This document shows, one piece after another, positions 36,997-47,586 of a stretch of 64,000 nucleotides of DNA. Position 1 is the stretch's first letter. Each line of letters starts with the position of its first letter. A program made the position numbers and the translations under genes. The notes beneath the pieces were generated by a model. The model searched no databases. It was not told the DNA's origin and saw only the letters and a list, made by a program, of their open reading frames with translations. Source of the stretch: Alphaproteobacteria bacterium (GTDB lineage: Bacteria; Pseudomonadota; Alphaproteobacteria; CAAGCB01; CAG-977); assembly GCA_017539865.1 (NCBI GenBank), contig JAFYCE010000101.1, forward strand, positions 7,089-71,088, written 5' to 3'.

Positions 36997-37850
36997 GCGT
37001 TGTTTCTGTTCAAGCTCCGGCAAAAGTCAATCTTTATCTGCATGTGACGGGACGGCGTCCGGACGGATATCATTTGCTGGACAGTTTGTTCGTTTTCACA
37101 ACCGACGGCGATGTCATCCGCGTTTGCGATGATGAAAAGCTTTCTTTGAAAATAACCGGCGCTTATGCCGGAGCGTTGGCCGGAGAAAATGACAATATCG
37201 TTTTAAAGGCGGCGCGTATGCTGGCTCAAGCCGGCGGTGTTTCTCCGAATGCCGGAATAACGCTTGAAAAGAATTTGCCGGTCGCTTCCGGCATCGGCGG
37301 CGGTTCGGCCGATGCGGCGGCGACGTTGAAGGCGCTGAGTCAATTATGGCGGTTGAACGTTCCGGCGGACGAGCTGCAAAAAATCGCTTTGAATTTGGGG
37401 GCGGACGTTCCGTCCTGTCTGGCCTCCGAAGCGGTTCAGGTGTCCGGAATCGGGGATGTTTTGACGCCGGCTCCCCGTTTGCCCGAGTTGTTTATTTTAT
37501 TGGTCAACCCGAACAAGCCCGTTTCCACGCCGGCTGTTTTCAAAAGCCGCCGCCCCGTTTTTTCCGAAGCGGCGCCTTTCACACGGGATATCGCCGGTTT
37601 TGATGAGTTTGTCAGCGCGTTGGAACGGCGCCGTAATGATTTGTGTGAAGCCGCTTGCCTGTTGGAGCCGGATGTCGGAAAAGTTCTTCAGTCTTTATCC
37701 GGAGAACCGCATTGCCGGCTGGCGCGAATGTCCGGCAGCGGCGGAACATGTTTCGGTCTTTTTTCAAGTTTTTCCGATGCAGCCGCCTGCTGTGAAAAAA
37801 TCCGGTCAATTCATCCGGAATGGTGGTTTTTGAATACTCAAGCCGTATAA
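36993..37850 (+). CDS. ispE: 4-diphosphocytidyl-2-C-methyl-D-erythritol kinase.
   Basis: APAKVNLYLHVTGRRPDGYH and PVASGIGGGSADAAA (GHMP kinase motif). Confidence 0.9.
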   Translation: MSVVSVQAPAKVNLYLHVTGRRPDGYHLLDSLFVFTTDGDVIRVCDDEKLSLKITGAYAGALAGENDNIVLKAARMLAQAGGVSPNAGITLEKNLPVASGIGGGSADAAATLKALSQLWRLNVPADELQKIALNLGADVPSCLASEAVQVSGIGDVLTPAPRLPELFILLVNPNKPVSTPAVFKSRRPVFSEAAPFTRDIAGFDEFVSALERRRNDLCEAACLLEPDVGKVLQSLSGEPHCRLARMSGSGGTCFGLFSSFSDAAACCEKIRSIHPEWWFLNTQAV

Positions 37851-37934
37851 AAACACTTGTAGGAAACAGCCTATTTAGGTATAAAAGGGAAGGTTTTGAC
37901 AAAGCCTCCATAAATTCCGATCGGGAGAAATCAT

Positions 37935-39152
37935 ATGTTTGAAAAACGTTCTTTATCTGTCTTTGTAATGGCGTTCGGCGCTGTATTACTGTTGAACGGT
38001 TGCGGAAAGAAAAACAATCAACCGGTACAGGTGGCGCAAAAACCGCATGTGACGGTTGAAAAAGCTGTTTATAAGCCCTATACGGAACGTTTTGATTTTC
38101 CCGGCCGCGTGGAAGCCGTTAACACCGTGACGTTGAAAGCGCGCGTCGCCGGTTTTCTGAAAGACAGACTGTTTGAGGAAGGCGATGTTGTTAAAAAAGG
38201 ACAGTTATTGTTTACGTTGGAACGTGAACCGTTTGAAGCGAAAGTCGCCGAAGCTTCAGCCAATCTGACTAAAATGGAAGCTGATGCCAAAAACGCCAAG
38301 TTGAAACTGGAACGCGCTTTGGAACTGCGCAAGACCGGAAACATTTCGCAAGCCACGCTGGATGCGCGCGAAGCCGAAAACAGCATGGCAAAAGGACAGG
38401 TATTGCAAGCTTTGGCGGCTTTGAATCTGGCAAAACTGGACTTGAGCTATACGGATATCAAGGCTCCGTTTACCGGAAAAATCGGTTTGTCCGCTTATTC
38501 CGCAGGCGAATTCCTGCCCGTCAATACGACATTGGCGACGCTGGTCAGCAGCGATCCGATGTATGTTCTGTTTTCCGTTTCCGAACGGGAATTGCTGTCG
38601 ATGCAGAACGCCGGTATTTTAAAGTCGGGTAACGATAATCTGGCCGTTTCCATGGTTATGGGGGATTCTTCCGTTTATCGTTATGGCGGACAGATCGATT
38701 TTACGGATGTCGTCGTTGATGATTCGACCGATACCGTAAAAATGCGCGCCGTTTTCCCGAATCCGTCAAAACAGCTCGTTTCCGGTCAATTCGTTTCCAT
38801 TTTGCTGGAATATGAATCGCCGGAGGAAAAAATCGCCGTTCCTCAAGCGGCGGTCATGTCTTCCGTGGCGTCCAAATATGTTTATGTCGTCGATGCTCAG
38901 AACAAAATCGTCAATAAACCGGTTCAAACCGGTGTATTGCAGGGAAAGGACATCGTTGTCCTGTCAGGATTGGAAGCCGGAGAACGGGTCGTTGTCAACG
39001 GTATTCAAAAAGTACGGCCCGGACAGGAAGTTATCATAGATTCTCCCGCGGCAGCCAAACCGGCGGCGACTAAAGCCGGAAAGCCCGTAGAACAGCCGTC
39101 TGCGGCTAAAGCGGCTCCGGTCGTCAAGAATGCGGCTCCGGCTAAAAAATAA
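37935..39152 (+). CDS. RND efflux periplasmic adaptor (membrane fusion protein, AcrA/MexA family).
   Basis: Lipobox LLLNGC; coiled-coil, lipoyl and beta-barrel segments; directly upstream of the RND pump. Confidence 0.85.
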   Translation: MFEKRSLSVFVMAFGAVLLLNGCGKKNNQPVQVAQKPHVTVEKAVYKPYTERFDFPGRVEAVNTVTLKARVAGFLKDRLFEEGDVVKKGQLLFTLEREPFEAKVAEASANLTKMEADAKNAKLKLERALELRKTGNISQATLDAREAENSMAKGQVLQALAALNLAKLDLSYTDIKAPFTGKIGLSAYSAGEFLPVNTTLATLVSSDPMYVLFSVSERELLSMQNAGILKSGNDNLAVSMVMGDSSVYRYGGQIDFTDVVVDDSTDTVKMRAVFPNPSKQLVSGQFVSILLEYESPEEKIAVPQAAVMSSVASKYVYVVDAQNKIVNKPVQTGVLQGKDIVVLSGLEAGERVVVNGIQKVRPGQEVIIDSPAAAKPAATKAGKPVEQPSAAKAAPVVKNAAPAKK

Positions 39153-39164
39153 AGGATAACTCAG

Positions 39165-42100
39165 ATGTTTTCCCGTATTTTCATTAAAAGACCCCGTTTG
39201 GCGATTGTTATTTCTTTAGTGATTACGATCGCCGGCTTGATTTCTTTGAAAAACATTCCGGTGGCCATGCTGCCGGATGTTGTGCCTCCTTCCGTGATGG
39301 TTTCCGCCAAATACCCCGGCGCTTCCGCGGAAGTGGTTGAACAAACGGTCGCGCAAATCATTGAATCGCAAGTTAACGGCGTCGACGATATGCTCTATAT
39401 GGAATCAAGCAGTTCCAATGACGGCAGTTATTCTTTGACGGTGACGTTTGCAGCCGGAACAAATCCGGACATGAACACCGTGAACGTGCAGAACCGTATC
39501 AATCAGATACAGTCCAAGCTTCCTTCAGAAGTTCAGCAATTGGGCGTGACGGTGAAAAAAATAACCTCCAATATGCTTTTGGGTTTTGCATTGTATTCGC
39601 CGGCCAACTCGCGTGACGAAAGTTTTCTGGCCAACTACATGAACATCCGCATTAAAGATGTTTTGTCCCGTGTGCGCGGCGTCGGCGAAGTCAATACGTT
39701 CGGTGACAAAGATTTCAGTATGCGTGTTTGGCTGGATCCGCAGAAACTGGCCAATTTAGGTGTCAGCAATGCGGAAATCATGGCCGCCATTTCCGCCCAG
39801 AACATTCAGCCTGCGGTCGGTTCGGTCGGTGCGGCTCCCGCGCCGGCGGAGCAGCAAATGCAGTTTACCATTAAAACGTCCGGACGTTTAAGCACGCCGG
39901 AACAGTTCGGCGACATCATCATTCGCGCCAACAAGGACGGCGGATTGCTGAAATTGAAAGATGTCGCGCGAATTGAACTCGGAACAACGTCTTATGCTTC
40001 CGGCGCGCAATACAACGGCCGGATCGCTTCCGGTGCAGTGATCAACCTGGCACCCGGCGCAAACGCGATGGAAGTGGCAAAAGGCGTTAAAAGCGAATTG
40101 CAGCGTATGAAGACGTTTTTTCCGGATGATGTCGACTATGTCATCATTTTTGATACGACGCTGTTTATTGAATCGACGGTCAGCGAAGTTGTCCATACGA
40201 TTCTTGAAGCGTTTGTTTTGGTGTTGCTGACGGTTTATCTGTCTTTGGGAACGTGGCGCGCAACGCTGATTCCCGCTGTCGCCGTTCCCGTTTCTTTGAT
40301 CGGTACGTTCATTTTCATGGGGTTGTTCGGCATTTCGGCCAATACGGTTTCGTTACTGTCGATTGTTTTGGTAATCGGTATTGTCGTTGACGACGCGATT
40401 ATGGTCGTTGAAAATACCGAACGCGTGATTTCCGAAGAGCCGGAATTGTCGATTCCGGATGCTGTAGCCAAAGCGATGAGCCAAATCACCGCGCCGATTG
40501 TTGCGATTACGCTGGTGATTTTGTCCGTGTTCGTGCCGGTTATTTTCATTCCGGGGATTACGGGGCAGTTGTTTAAGCAGTTCGCCGTGACGGTGTCTTG
40601 TTCCATGATGATTTCGGCAATTAACGCGCTGACGCTTTCTCCGGCTCTGTGCGCCATTTTGCTGCATCGGGAGGAAGGGGAAAAACGCGGTCTTGTTCCT
40701 TGGGTCATGCGCCAGATCGACAGAGGGCGTGACGGCTATACTTCCATTGTCAGACGCTTGGTACGTCATTCTTCGTTGTCCATTTTAATCATTGCCGCCG
40801 TCATTGCGGGTGCGTGGCAGTTGAACCGCATCACGCCGGCCGGTTTTTTGCCCGACGAAGATCAGGGAATGTTTATGATTGACGTTCAGCTGCCGGAAGG
40901 AGCCGCACTTGACAGAACCAGAGAAGTTTTGAAGCAGATCTACGACATTGTTAAAAACAATCCTGCTGTTGACAATACAATGCAGGTCGCCGGTTTCAGC
41001 TTAATCGGCGGGAACGGCTCCAATATGGCGATGACGGTGGTCGGCTTGAAACCGTATGAATACCGGCGGGATACCGCTCGGCAGGTCAAAGTGATTTTGA
41101 TGGATGTGCAGCCGAAATTCAATCAAATCATGGGGGCGAACATCCGAGCGTTCAATCTGCCCGCCATTCCGGGGGTCGGTGTTGCGAACGGTTTTGACTA
41201 CCGTTTGCAAAACGCAAATGGCGATTCCGTCGAAAACATGGAAAAGGTCATGTTCAAGCTTTTGATGACGGCCAATCAGGATCCCGAACTGCGGATGGTG
41301 TACAGTACGTTCAATACGTCAACGCCGCAGCTGTTTTTGGAACTTGACCGCGTGAAAGCGAAAATGTTGGGCGTGAACATTAAAGACGTTTTCTATCAGC
41401 TGCAAACGACTTTAGGCTATGTTTACGTGAACGACTTTACGCTGAACGGCCGTGTGTATCAGGTGAATGTTCAGGGACGCGCCGATTCCCGCGCGACACA
41501 AGAATCCGTTTCCCGTCTGTATGTCCAGAATAATAAAGGCGATATGGTTCCGTTGCGTTCTCTGGTGACAATCAAGCCGGTCTTAGGACCTTTGTCACTG
41601 GCTCGTTACAACAACACGATGACCGTCAAGATCAACGGTTCCGCTGCGCCGGGATTCAGCTCGACTCAAGCGATGGACGAAATGGAAAAACTCTCCAATC
41701 AAGTCTTGCCCAAGGGCTATGAATACGAATGGACGGGGATGTCTTTGCAAGAAAAGACGGCGGCAGGTCAAATGCCTGTGATTTTGTTCCTAGCGTTCTT
41801 GTTCGCCTATCTGTTTCTGGTCGCTTTGTATGAAAGCTGGATGATTCCGTTCCCTGTGCTGCTGTCCGTGTCCGTGGCTTTGTTGGGAGCGCTGTGCTTC
41901 CTGAAAGTTTTAGGCTTGGATAATAACGTGTATGCGCAGATCGGTATGGTTCTGTTGATTGCGCAAGCGTCTAAAAACGCGATTTTGATTGTTGAATTTG
42001 CTAAAGAATTGCGTGAAAAAGACGGCATGGAACCTGAAGAGGCGGCGGTTAAAGCGGCTTATCTGCGTTTCCGCGCGGTGATGATGACGGCTGTGTCCTT

Positions 42101-42323
42101 TATTTTGGGGTTGTGGCCGTTGGTGATTGCTTCGGGTGCGGGAGCTATTGCCAGACGCTGTATCGGTACGACGGTGTTCGGCGGCATGATTTTCGCAACG
42201 GCTTTCGGTATTTATGTCATTCCGATGTTATTTGTCGTGTTTGTCCGTCGGCGCGAAAAATTCCACTCCAAACGTCGCCAGAAAATGGAAAGACGGTTGG
42301 AAGCGAAAAACGCGGATTATTAA
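39165..42323 (+). CDS. RND multidrug efflux transporter (AcrB/HAE1 family).
   Basis: 1052 aa, 12 TM segments, two large periplasmic loops, conserved GIVVDDAIVVVEN. Confidence 0.9.
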   Translation: MFSRIFIKRPRLAIVISLVITIAGLISLKNIPVAMLPDVVPPSVMVSAKYPGASAEVVEQTVAQIIESQVNGVDDMLYMESSSSNDGSYSLTVTFAAGTNPDMNTVNVQNRINQIQSKLPSEVQQLGVTVKKITSNMLLGFALYSPANSRDESFLANYMNIRIKDVLSRVRGVGEVNTFGDKDFSMRVWLDPQKLANLGVSNAEIMAAISAQNIQPAVGSVGAAPAPAEQQMQFTIKTSGRLSTPEQFGDIIIRANKDGGLLKLKDVARIELGTTSYASGAQYNGRIASGAVINLAPGANAMEVAKGVKSELQRMKTFFPDDVDYVIIFDTTLFIESTVSEVVHTILEAFVLVLLTVYLSLGTWRATLIPAVAVPVSLIGTFIFMGLFGISANTVSLLSIVLVIGIVVDDAIMVVENTERVISEEPELSIPDAVAKAMSQITAPIVAITLVILSVFVPVIFIPGITGQLFKQFAVTVSCSMMISAINALTLSPALCAILLHREEGEKRGLVPWVMRQIDRGRDGYTSIVRRLVRHSSLSILIIAAVIAGAWQLNRITPAGFLPDEDQGMFMIDVQLPEGAALDRTREVLKQIYDIVKNNPAVDNTMQVAGFSLIGGNGSNMAMTVVGLKPYEYRRDTARQVKVILMDVQPKFNQIMGANIRAFNLPAIPGVGVANGFDYRLQNANGDSVENMEKVMFKLLMTANQDPELRMVYSTFNTSTPQLFLELDRVKAKMLGVNIKDVFYQLQTTLGYVYVNDFTLNGRVYQVNVQGRADSRATQESVSRLYVQNNKGDMVPLRSLVTIKPVLGPLSLARYNNTMTVKINGSAAPGFSSTQAMDEMEKLSNQVLPKGYEYEWTGMSLQEKTAAGQMPVILFLAFLFAYLFLVALYESWMIPFPVLLSVSVALLGALCFLKVLGLDNNVYAQIGMVLLIAQASKNAILIVEFAKELREKDGMEPEEAAVKAAYLRFRAVMMTAVSFILGLWPLVIASGAGAIARRCIGTTVFGGMIFATAFGIYVIPMLFVVFVRRREKFHSKRRQKMERRLEAKNADY

Positions 42324-42357
42324 AAAAAGGCGGCTGTTTTTTTCAGCCGCCTTTTTC
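42322..42357. terminator. Bidirectional terminator (RND operon / gpt).
   Basis: AAAAAAA-GGCGGCTG-aaaaaaa... Precisely: AAAAAAAGGCGGCTG-ttttttt-CAGCCGCC followed by TTTTT. Confidence 0.75.
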
Positions 42358-42436
42358 ATAGCATGAAAACCGCAAGACCGGTGCGGGCCTTTTTATGGAA
42401 ATCCTTTTTCTGAAAACAGGTGGCGGAATTTTTTCT

Positions 42437-42916
42437 TTACCCGTCTTTTTCGCAACGAATCAAGGGCGTGGCCGGAGCCAGTTCCGCTTCCCAAGGAAAT
42501 AATATCCATGTATCCTGAGCTACGGCGGAAACAAAATCATCGACAACTTTCTTTCCGTTAGGTTTTGCGTACAACGTTACAAAATAAGCCTTCGGCATCA
42601 ATTCGCGAATGATTCGTCCCGTTCTGCCGGAATCGACCAAATCGTCAACGACCAGAACCCCTTCCCCGTCTGTTTCGGGAACTTTAAGCAAAGAAGCGGT
42701 CGTGCCGCGTGTTTCTTCATCATAGCCGGCGACACATACGGTATCGACCCACCGGATTTCCAATTCTCTGGCTAAAATGGCCGCCGGAAACAATCCGCCG
42801 CGAGTGACACAAATGATTTTTTTCAAATCTTTGCGTTCAATCAAGCGGGAAGCCAACACACGGGCATCATTGTGGAATTGTTCCCAAGAGATTTTTAAAT
42901 AGCGTGGTTTCGTCAT
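42437..42916 (-). CDS. gpt: Xanthine-guanine phosphoribosyltransferase.
   Basis: Near-colinear with E. coli Gpt: VTRGGLFPAAILARELEIRWVDTVC and VLVVDDLVDSGRTG. Start re-set to MTKPRY (RBS GGAG). Confidence 0.85.
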   Translation of the reverse strand: MTKPRYLKISWEQFHNDARVLASRLIERKDLKKIICVTRGGLFPAAILARELEIRWVDTVCVAGYDEETRGTTASLLKVPETDGEGVLVVDDLVDSGRTGRIIRELMPKAYFVTLYAKPNGKKVVDDFVSAVAQDTWILFPWEAELAPATPLIRCEKDG

Positions 42917-43010
42917 AGGATTCTCCATGTGTTAACGCGGCATCCGGAAAAGCCTTTTTTATCTCTTTTATAGGGAGAATCAAGTTTTTTTTAAAAAAAC
43001 AAGGCTTTCT

Positions 43011-43685
43011 CTATTTTTTAAACCAGCTTTGAATTTCTTTTGTGACAGTCGCCGGTGAAAGGGGGGAAGACTCTGCGGAAGTTTTAAGTTTTTCCTCTTC
43101 AAGGATAGCTTGCTTTTTTAAAGCTTTTTGTTTTGCCGTGCGAATCATATCTCTGATTTGAGCTTTGATTTTAGTCCCGTCCCATTCGACTATTCCGCGA
43201 ATCCGGCCGGCTTCCCGTCCTTCTTCGTCAATAAGAAAAGTCGTAGGCAATCCTTTGACATCGGCGGCTTGGGCAAATTTTGCCTGCGGATCGGCGTAGA
43301 TTTTTAAATGCTTTATGCCGCGATTGCTCCAAAAGCGTTTTAAAACCGGCAGGGGATCCAAATCCGAAGACAAGGCGATAACTTGAAATTTAACTCCGCC
43401 CATATCTTTTTGAAGCCGGTCGAGCATGGGCAATTCAATCACACATTGAGGACAGGATGTTGACCAGATGTTTACTAAAACGATTTTTCCTTTGAAATCG
43501 GCCAGAGATGTTTTTTCCCCCGCTTCATTCAAGAAAGTCGCCGTCGGTGCCGGAACCGGATAAGAATGCAGCCGGAATGTTTCCGGAACGAGTTTGTTCT
43601 TTAACGATATCTCGCCCGTTGTCTGTGCGTTTAAAGCGGAAAACGGGAACAAAAGGGCTATCAGAAAAAGACACGATTTCAGCAT
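43011..43685 (-). CDS. TlpA/ResA-like periplasmic thiol:disulfide oxidoreductase.
   Basis: Signal peptide; thioredoxin fold with NIWSTSCPQC (CxxC). Confidence 0.7.
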   Translation of the reverse strand: MLKSCLFLIALLFPFSALNAQTTGEISLKNKLVPETFRLHSYPVPAPTATFLNEAGEKTSLADFKGKIVLVNIWSTSCPQCVIELPMLDRLQKDMGGVKFQVIALSSDLDPLPVLKRFWSNRGIKHLKIYADPQAKFAQAADVKGLPTTFLIDEEGREAGRIRGIVEWDGTKIKAQIRDMIRTAKQKALKKQAILEEEKLKTSAESSPLSPATVTKEIQSWFKK

Positions 43686-43795
43686 GCGCTTTGACTTTTT
43701 TAAGAAAGGATACGATTTATTATAAAAAAAAAGAGTGAATAACCGTTTAACACTTGGTATTCTGAAAACCGGTTCCGGAGGGGAAAGAGAAAGTC

Positions 43796-43999
43796 ATGAA
43801 AAAATTTTTAGCAGTGTTTTTATGTGCGCTTTGTTTGGCCGGCTGCGGTAAACGCGGTAAGCTTGATTTTCCGAAAGGATCTTCGTATCCGCGGCAATAT
43901 CCGGCCGCGCGTCAGCCAAAATCCGTTCAAAAAACGGCAATATCCGTTGAACAAAAGGAAAACGCCGGTATTCCTGCTGAAACGGAAGAACAGCCATGA
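43796..43999 (+). CDS. lptM: Small lipoprotein upstream of lysA (LptM/YifL-like).
   Basis: Lipobox LAGCG; 67 aa. It overlaps the lysA start (ATGA). A conserved synteny partner of lysA/dapF. Confidence 0.5.
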   Translation: MKKFLAVFLCALCLAGCGKRGKLDFPKGSSYPRQYPAARQPKSVQKTAISVEQKENAGIPAETEEQP

Positions 44000-45255
44000 C
44001 ACCTTTTCATTATCAGAACGGAAAACTTTACGTCGAAAATGTTTCCATTGAGGCTTTGGGGCGGGAAGAAAAAACGCCGTTTTATGTGTATTCCGAACAA
44101 AAGCTCCGTTCTCAAATGCGGACTTTTACGGAAGCGGCACAAAAATATCTGTCATCTTTCCAAATTTGTTTCGCGCTGAAAAGCAACGCGAATCTGGCCG
44201 TTATAAAAGTGCTGACATCAATGGGGGCGGGAGCGGATATCGTTTCCGGAGGCGAACTCCTGTTGGCTTTGCGCGTCGGCGTTCCGGCGGATAAGATCGT
44301 TTTTTCAGGCGTTGGAAAAACGCGCGAAGAATTGACGCTTGCGGTTGAAAAAGAAATCGGACAAATCAATCTTGAATCCGCCGAAGAAGCTGTAATGCTT
44401 GAGGATATCGCTAAAAAAGCCGGCAAAAAAGTACGTGTCGCCGTGCGTGTCAATCCCGATGTGGATGCTCATACGCATCAAAAAATCACGACGGGGAAAA
44501 AAGAAAACAAATTCGGCGTAGCATGGCGGGAGGCTCGTTCCCTTTACCGGAATTTAGCCGCGTCCGAAAACTTGATACCGGTCGGCATAGACGTTCATGT
44601 CGGGTCGCAGTTATTGGAAACGCAGCCGTTTGACGAAGCTTTCAAAAAAACGGCGGCAATCATTCGTACGCTGAAAGAAGACGGGATTGTTCTGGAAACG
44701 ATAGATATCGGCGGCGGTCTCGGGGTTTCTTATCAGGAAACGGACAAGCCGTGTTCTCCGGATGATTATATGAAAGTCGTTGCTGAAAATCTGGCTGATT
44801 TCGGGTGTCGGATTATTTTTGAGCCGGGGCGTTTTTTGGTCGCGCCTGCGGGCGTTTTGGTTTCGCGTGTCGTTCGGACGAAGCATACGGAAACAAAGGA
44901 TTTCTTGGTTTTGGATGCCGGTATGAATGATTTGATTCGTCCGGCGATTTACGATGCGTATCATGCTGTCAAGGCTGTCAAAGAGGCGGAACCGAGCCGG
45001 CTTTATGATGTGGTCGGGCCGATCTGTGAAAGCAGCGACGTTTTCGGGAAAGCCAGAAAACTGCCGGAAATGAAAGCCGGAGATCTGGTCGTTTTGGAAA
45101 CGGCGGGAGCATATGGAACCTCTATGGGCTCAAATTATAATTTCCGACCGTTATGTGCCGAATTTCTTGTCAACGGCGACCATTTTGCAATCGTGCGGAA
45201 AGCGCAGACGTTTGAAGAAATGCTGTCTTTGAATGTTCTTGCGCCGTGGCTTTAA
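43996..45255 (+). CDS. lysA: Diaminopimelate decarboxylase.
   Basis: PLP fold-III decarboxylase motifs: FALKSNANLAV, HVGSQ, GGGLGVSY, EPGRFLVA. Confidence 0.9.
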   Translation: MTPFHYQNGKLYVENVSIEALGREEKTPFYVYSEQKLRSQMRTFTEAAQKYLSSFQICFALKSNANLAVIKVLTSMGAGADIVSGGELLLALRVGVPADKIVFSGVGKTREELTLAVEKEIGQINLESAEEAVMLEDIAKKAGKKVRVAVRVNPDVDAHTHQKITTGKKENKFGVAWREARSLYRNLAASENLIPVGIDVHVGSQLLETQPFDEAFKKTAAIIRTLKEDGIVLETIDIGGGLGVSYQETDKPCSPDDYMKVVAENLADFGCRIIFEPGRFLVAPAGVLVSRVVRTKHTETKDFLVLDAGMNDLIRPAIYDAYHAVKAVKEAEPSRLYDVVGPICESSDVFGKARKLPEMKAGDLVVLETAGAYGTSMGSNYNFRPLCAEFLVNGDHFAIVRKAQTFEEMLSLNVLAPWL

Positions 45256-45884
45256 TCGTCAACCGTTTCAGTCAGTATCAAAATGACTTTGGCCGTTTTG
45301 GACGGCGGCCGTTCGATTAGGAGGTGGATTTCCGTCACGTCGCGGGGCAGCAGGGTTTCTACGGGCGAGGAAACGGCGGCTGTTGTCAGTACGCGGTTGT
45401 TTTCATCCATGAAGCGTGCCGTGAAAGCTTTCGGCTTGACGGCGGCGTCCGTATTGTTGAATGCGGCCGCTTTTAAAGAAAGATATGTTTTATAATCTTT
45501 TTCAACAAGTTCGTAGGACACGGTTTGCAGCGTTACGGGAGCGCGTTTTTCCGGATGGAAAAAGAACAGGTAAATCGCTGCGGCAATGCAAAACAGGCTG
45601 AAGAAATATAACGGTTTCAGCCATTTGATAAAACTGGTGTCTTCTTTTTCGGGTTCTTTGAAAAAATTTTGAAAAGAGGGAATCGGCATATCCGGTTCTT
45701 CGGGCGCCGGAGTTTGAAACTGCGGCAGTTCTATGGATAAAGGATCAATGACATCCAAAGCCGGCTGCCATACATGACTGCATTTGGCGCAACGGACTTT
45801 TTGGTCGGGATTTTCCTCTTTGATAGGAACGTCATAAGAGGTTCTGCATTTCGGACAAGTGATCAGCATTCGGATGTTTCCCAT
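45252..45884 (-). CDS. MJ0042-type zinc-ribbon membrane protein.
   Basis: N-terminal CPKCRTSYDVP...RCAKCSHVW zinc ribbon, one TM segment, C-terminal periplasmic domain. Start ambiguous (45869-45908). Confidence 0.5.
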   Translation of the reverse strand: MGNIRMLITCPKCRTSYDVPIKEENPDQKVRCAKCSHVWQPALDVIDPLSIELPQFQTPAPEEPDMPIPSFQNFFKEPEKEDTSFIKWLKPLYFFSLFCIAAAIYLFFFHPEKRAPVTLQTVSYELVEKDYKTYLSLKAAAFNNTDAAVKPKAFTARFMDENNRVLTTAAVSSPVETLLPRDVTEIHLLIERPPSKTAKVILILTETVDD

Positions 45885-45968
45885 AAAATTTAATCTAATA
45901 TAATGCAAGTTTACGTATAAAATGTTAACTTATTTTATTAAATATGCTTAAATGCTTGAAAACGGGAG

Positions 45969-46697
45969 ATGCCGGTGACGGAGTATGTGACGGAATTTGA
46001 TGCGGTGGGACTGCGGTACGGACAAGGCACGGAAGTGCTGAAGGACGTTTCGTTTGCGTTGCCGGCGGGATCTTTTCATTTTTTGACCGGCGAAAGTGGC
46101 GCTGGCAAGACGTCATTGCTCAGTCTGTTGTATTTAGCACAAAGTCCGACGCGCGGGTGCGTCAAGCTGTTCGGCAAAGTCGTTCAAAACATTGCGCGGG
46201 ACGATTTGCCTGAAATCCGGCGCAAAATCGGCGTCGTTTTTCAGGATTTCCGTTTGTTGGATCATTTGTCGGCGGTCGACAACACGGCGTTGCCTTTGCG
46301 TGTGGCGGGCTATCCGGAGGAAGAAATTCAAAAGCGGGTTCCCGAATTGCTGATGTGGGTCGGTTTGGGGGCGCATTTGAATGCCAAGCCGCCGACGCTT
46401 TCGGGCGGGCAAAAGCAAAGTGTGGCAATCGCCCGGGCGGTCATCAACCGTCCGCAGCTGTTGGTGGCGGACGAGCCGACGGGTAACATGGATGATAAAT
46501 CCGCCGCGCGGTTGATGCGGTTGTTTATCGAGCTGAACAAACGCGGGACGACGGTGGTCATCGCAACGCATAACGAAGGGTTGATCCGGACGTTTCCGTA
46601 TCCGCGCATGCACTTGTCAAAGGGCAGGCTGACGATTTATCCGGTGGGATATTCGCCGGATCAGGCTTATTTGAAATCGGGGAATGATTATGTTTAG
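45969..46697 (+). CDS. ftsE: Cell division ATP-binding protein FtsE.
   Basis: Walker A GESGAGKT, LSGGQKQSVAIARA, Walker B LLVADEPTGNMD. Confidence 0.9.
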   Translation: MPVTEYVTEFDAVGLRYGQGTEVLKDVSFALPAGSFHFLTGESGAGKTSLLSLLYLAQSPTRGCVKLFGKVVQNIARDDLPEIRRKIGVVFQDFRLLDHLSAVDNTALPLRVAGYPEEEIQKRVPELLMWVGLGAHLNAKPPTLSGGQKQSVAIARAVINRPQLLVADEPTGNMDDKSAARLMRLFIELNKRGTTVVIATHNEGLIRTFPYPRMHLSKGRLTIYPVGYSPDQAYLKSGNDYV

Positions 46698-47586
46698 GCG
46701 GCCGAGCGATTTGCCTTTTGCGACTGACACATCGGCGTGGTTTTTGCCGTGGATGGTGATGCTGATGGTGTTTTTCGCCGGTTTGACAACGGCGGGGACG
46801 TTGTCTTTGAATTCAATGTTATCGCGGTGGAGCCGGTCGATTTCCGGTTCGTTGACGGTTCAAGTCATTCCGATAGAGGAGGACGGCCGCATCAACAAGA
46901 AAAAGACCCAGCAGGAAACGCAGAATGTTTTGGATATTTTGCGTAAAACGGCGGGGGTCGCGTCGGCGGAAGTTTTAACGGACAGCCAGATGAAAGCCTT
47001 GTTGAAGCCGTGGCTCGGGGAATCTTTTTTATTGGAAGACTTGCCCATGCCGCATTTGATCGATGTCCAACTGATACCGGAGGCGGAAGTCGATTTGGAA
47101 ATGCTGCGGGCGCTGCTGGGCAGGGAAACTCCGAACGCGTCGTTGGACGTTCATAAATTATGGTTGGGCAAGCTGATTAAATTGGTTCGGACATTGGATT
47201 TTTTGGCGTCTTCGCTGCTCAGTCTGGTGATAGCGACGACATCCGTCATCGTGATTTACGTGACGTGTTCGTCTTTGGCGGTACACAAGCCTGTCATTGA
47301 GCTGTTGCATCAAACGGGGGCGCATGACGCTTATATATCAAAGCAGTATGCGCAAAGAACGGCATTATTGGCGGGGATAGGCGCTCTGGCCGGTTTTTCG
47401 GGCGTTTTGCCGGTGATTTTCATGCTGTCGTCCGTTGCGCGGGAAGTTCAAGGCGGTTTGCTGTCCGAAGCGAAATTTGACATTGCGTCATGGGGGCTGT
47501 TAAGTTTGGTGCCGGTTTTGGCCGTTGTTTTATCGACGTTGACGGCGTATTGGACGGTTCAAAGAACGTTGAGGCGGATGCTGTGA
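46684..47586 (+). CDS. ftsX: Cell division permease FtsX.
   Basis: Four TM segments plus periplasmic loop, immediately after ftsE with overlap. Confidence 0.85.
   Translation: MIMFRRPSDLPFATDTSAWFLPWMVMLMVFFAGLTTAGTLSLNSMLSRWSRSISGSLTVQVIPIEEDGRINKKKTQQETQNVLDILRKTAGVASAEVLTDSQMKALLKPWLGESFLLEDLPMPHLIDVQLIPEAEVDLEMLRALLGRETPNASLDVHKLWLGKLIKLVRTLDFLASSLLSLVIATTSVIVIYVTCSSLAVHKPVIELLHQTGAHDAYISKQYAQRTALLAGIGALAGFSGVLPVIFMLSSVAREVQGGLLSEAKFDIASWGLLSLVPVLAVVLSTLTAYWTVQRTLRRML

Noticed and set aside
42359-42436. GACCGGTGCGGGCC near the gpt 3' end considered as a second terminator or sRNA.
   Set aside because: Imperfect palindrome with no clean stem. The adjacent bidirectional terminator at 42322-42357 already accounts for termination.
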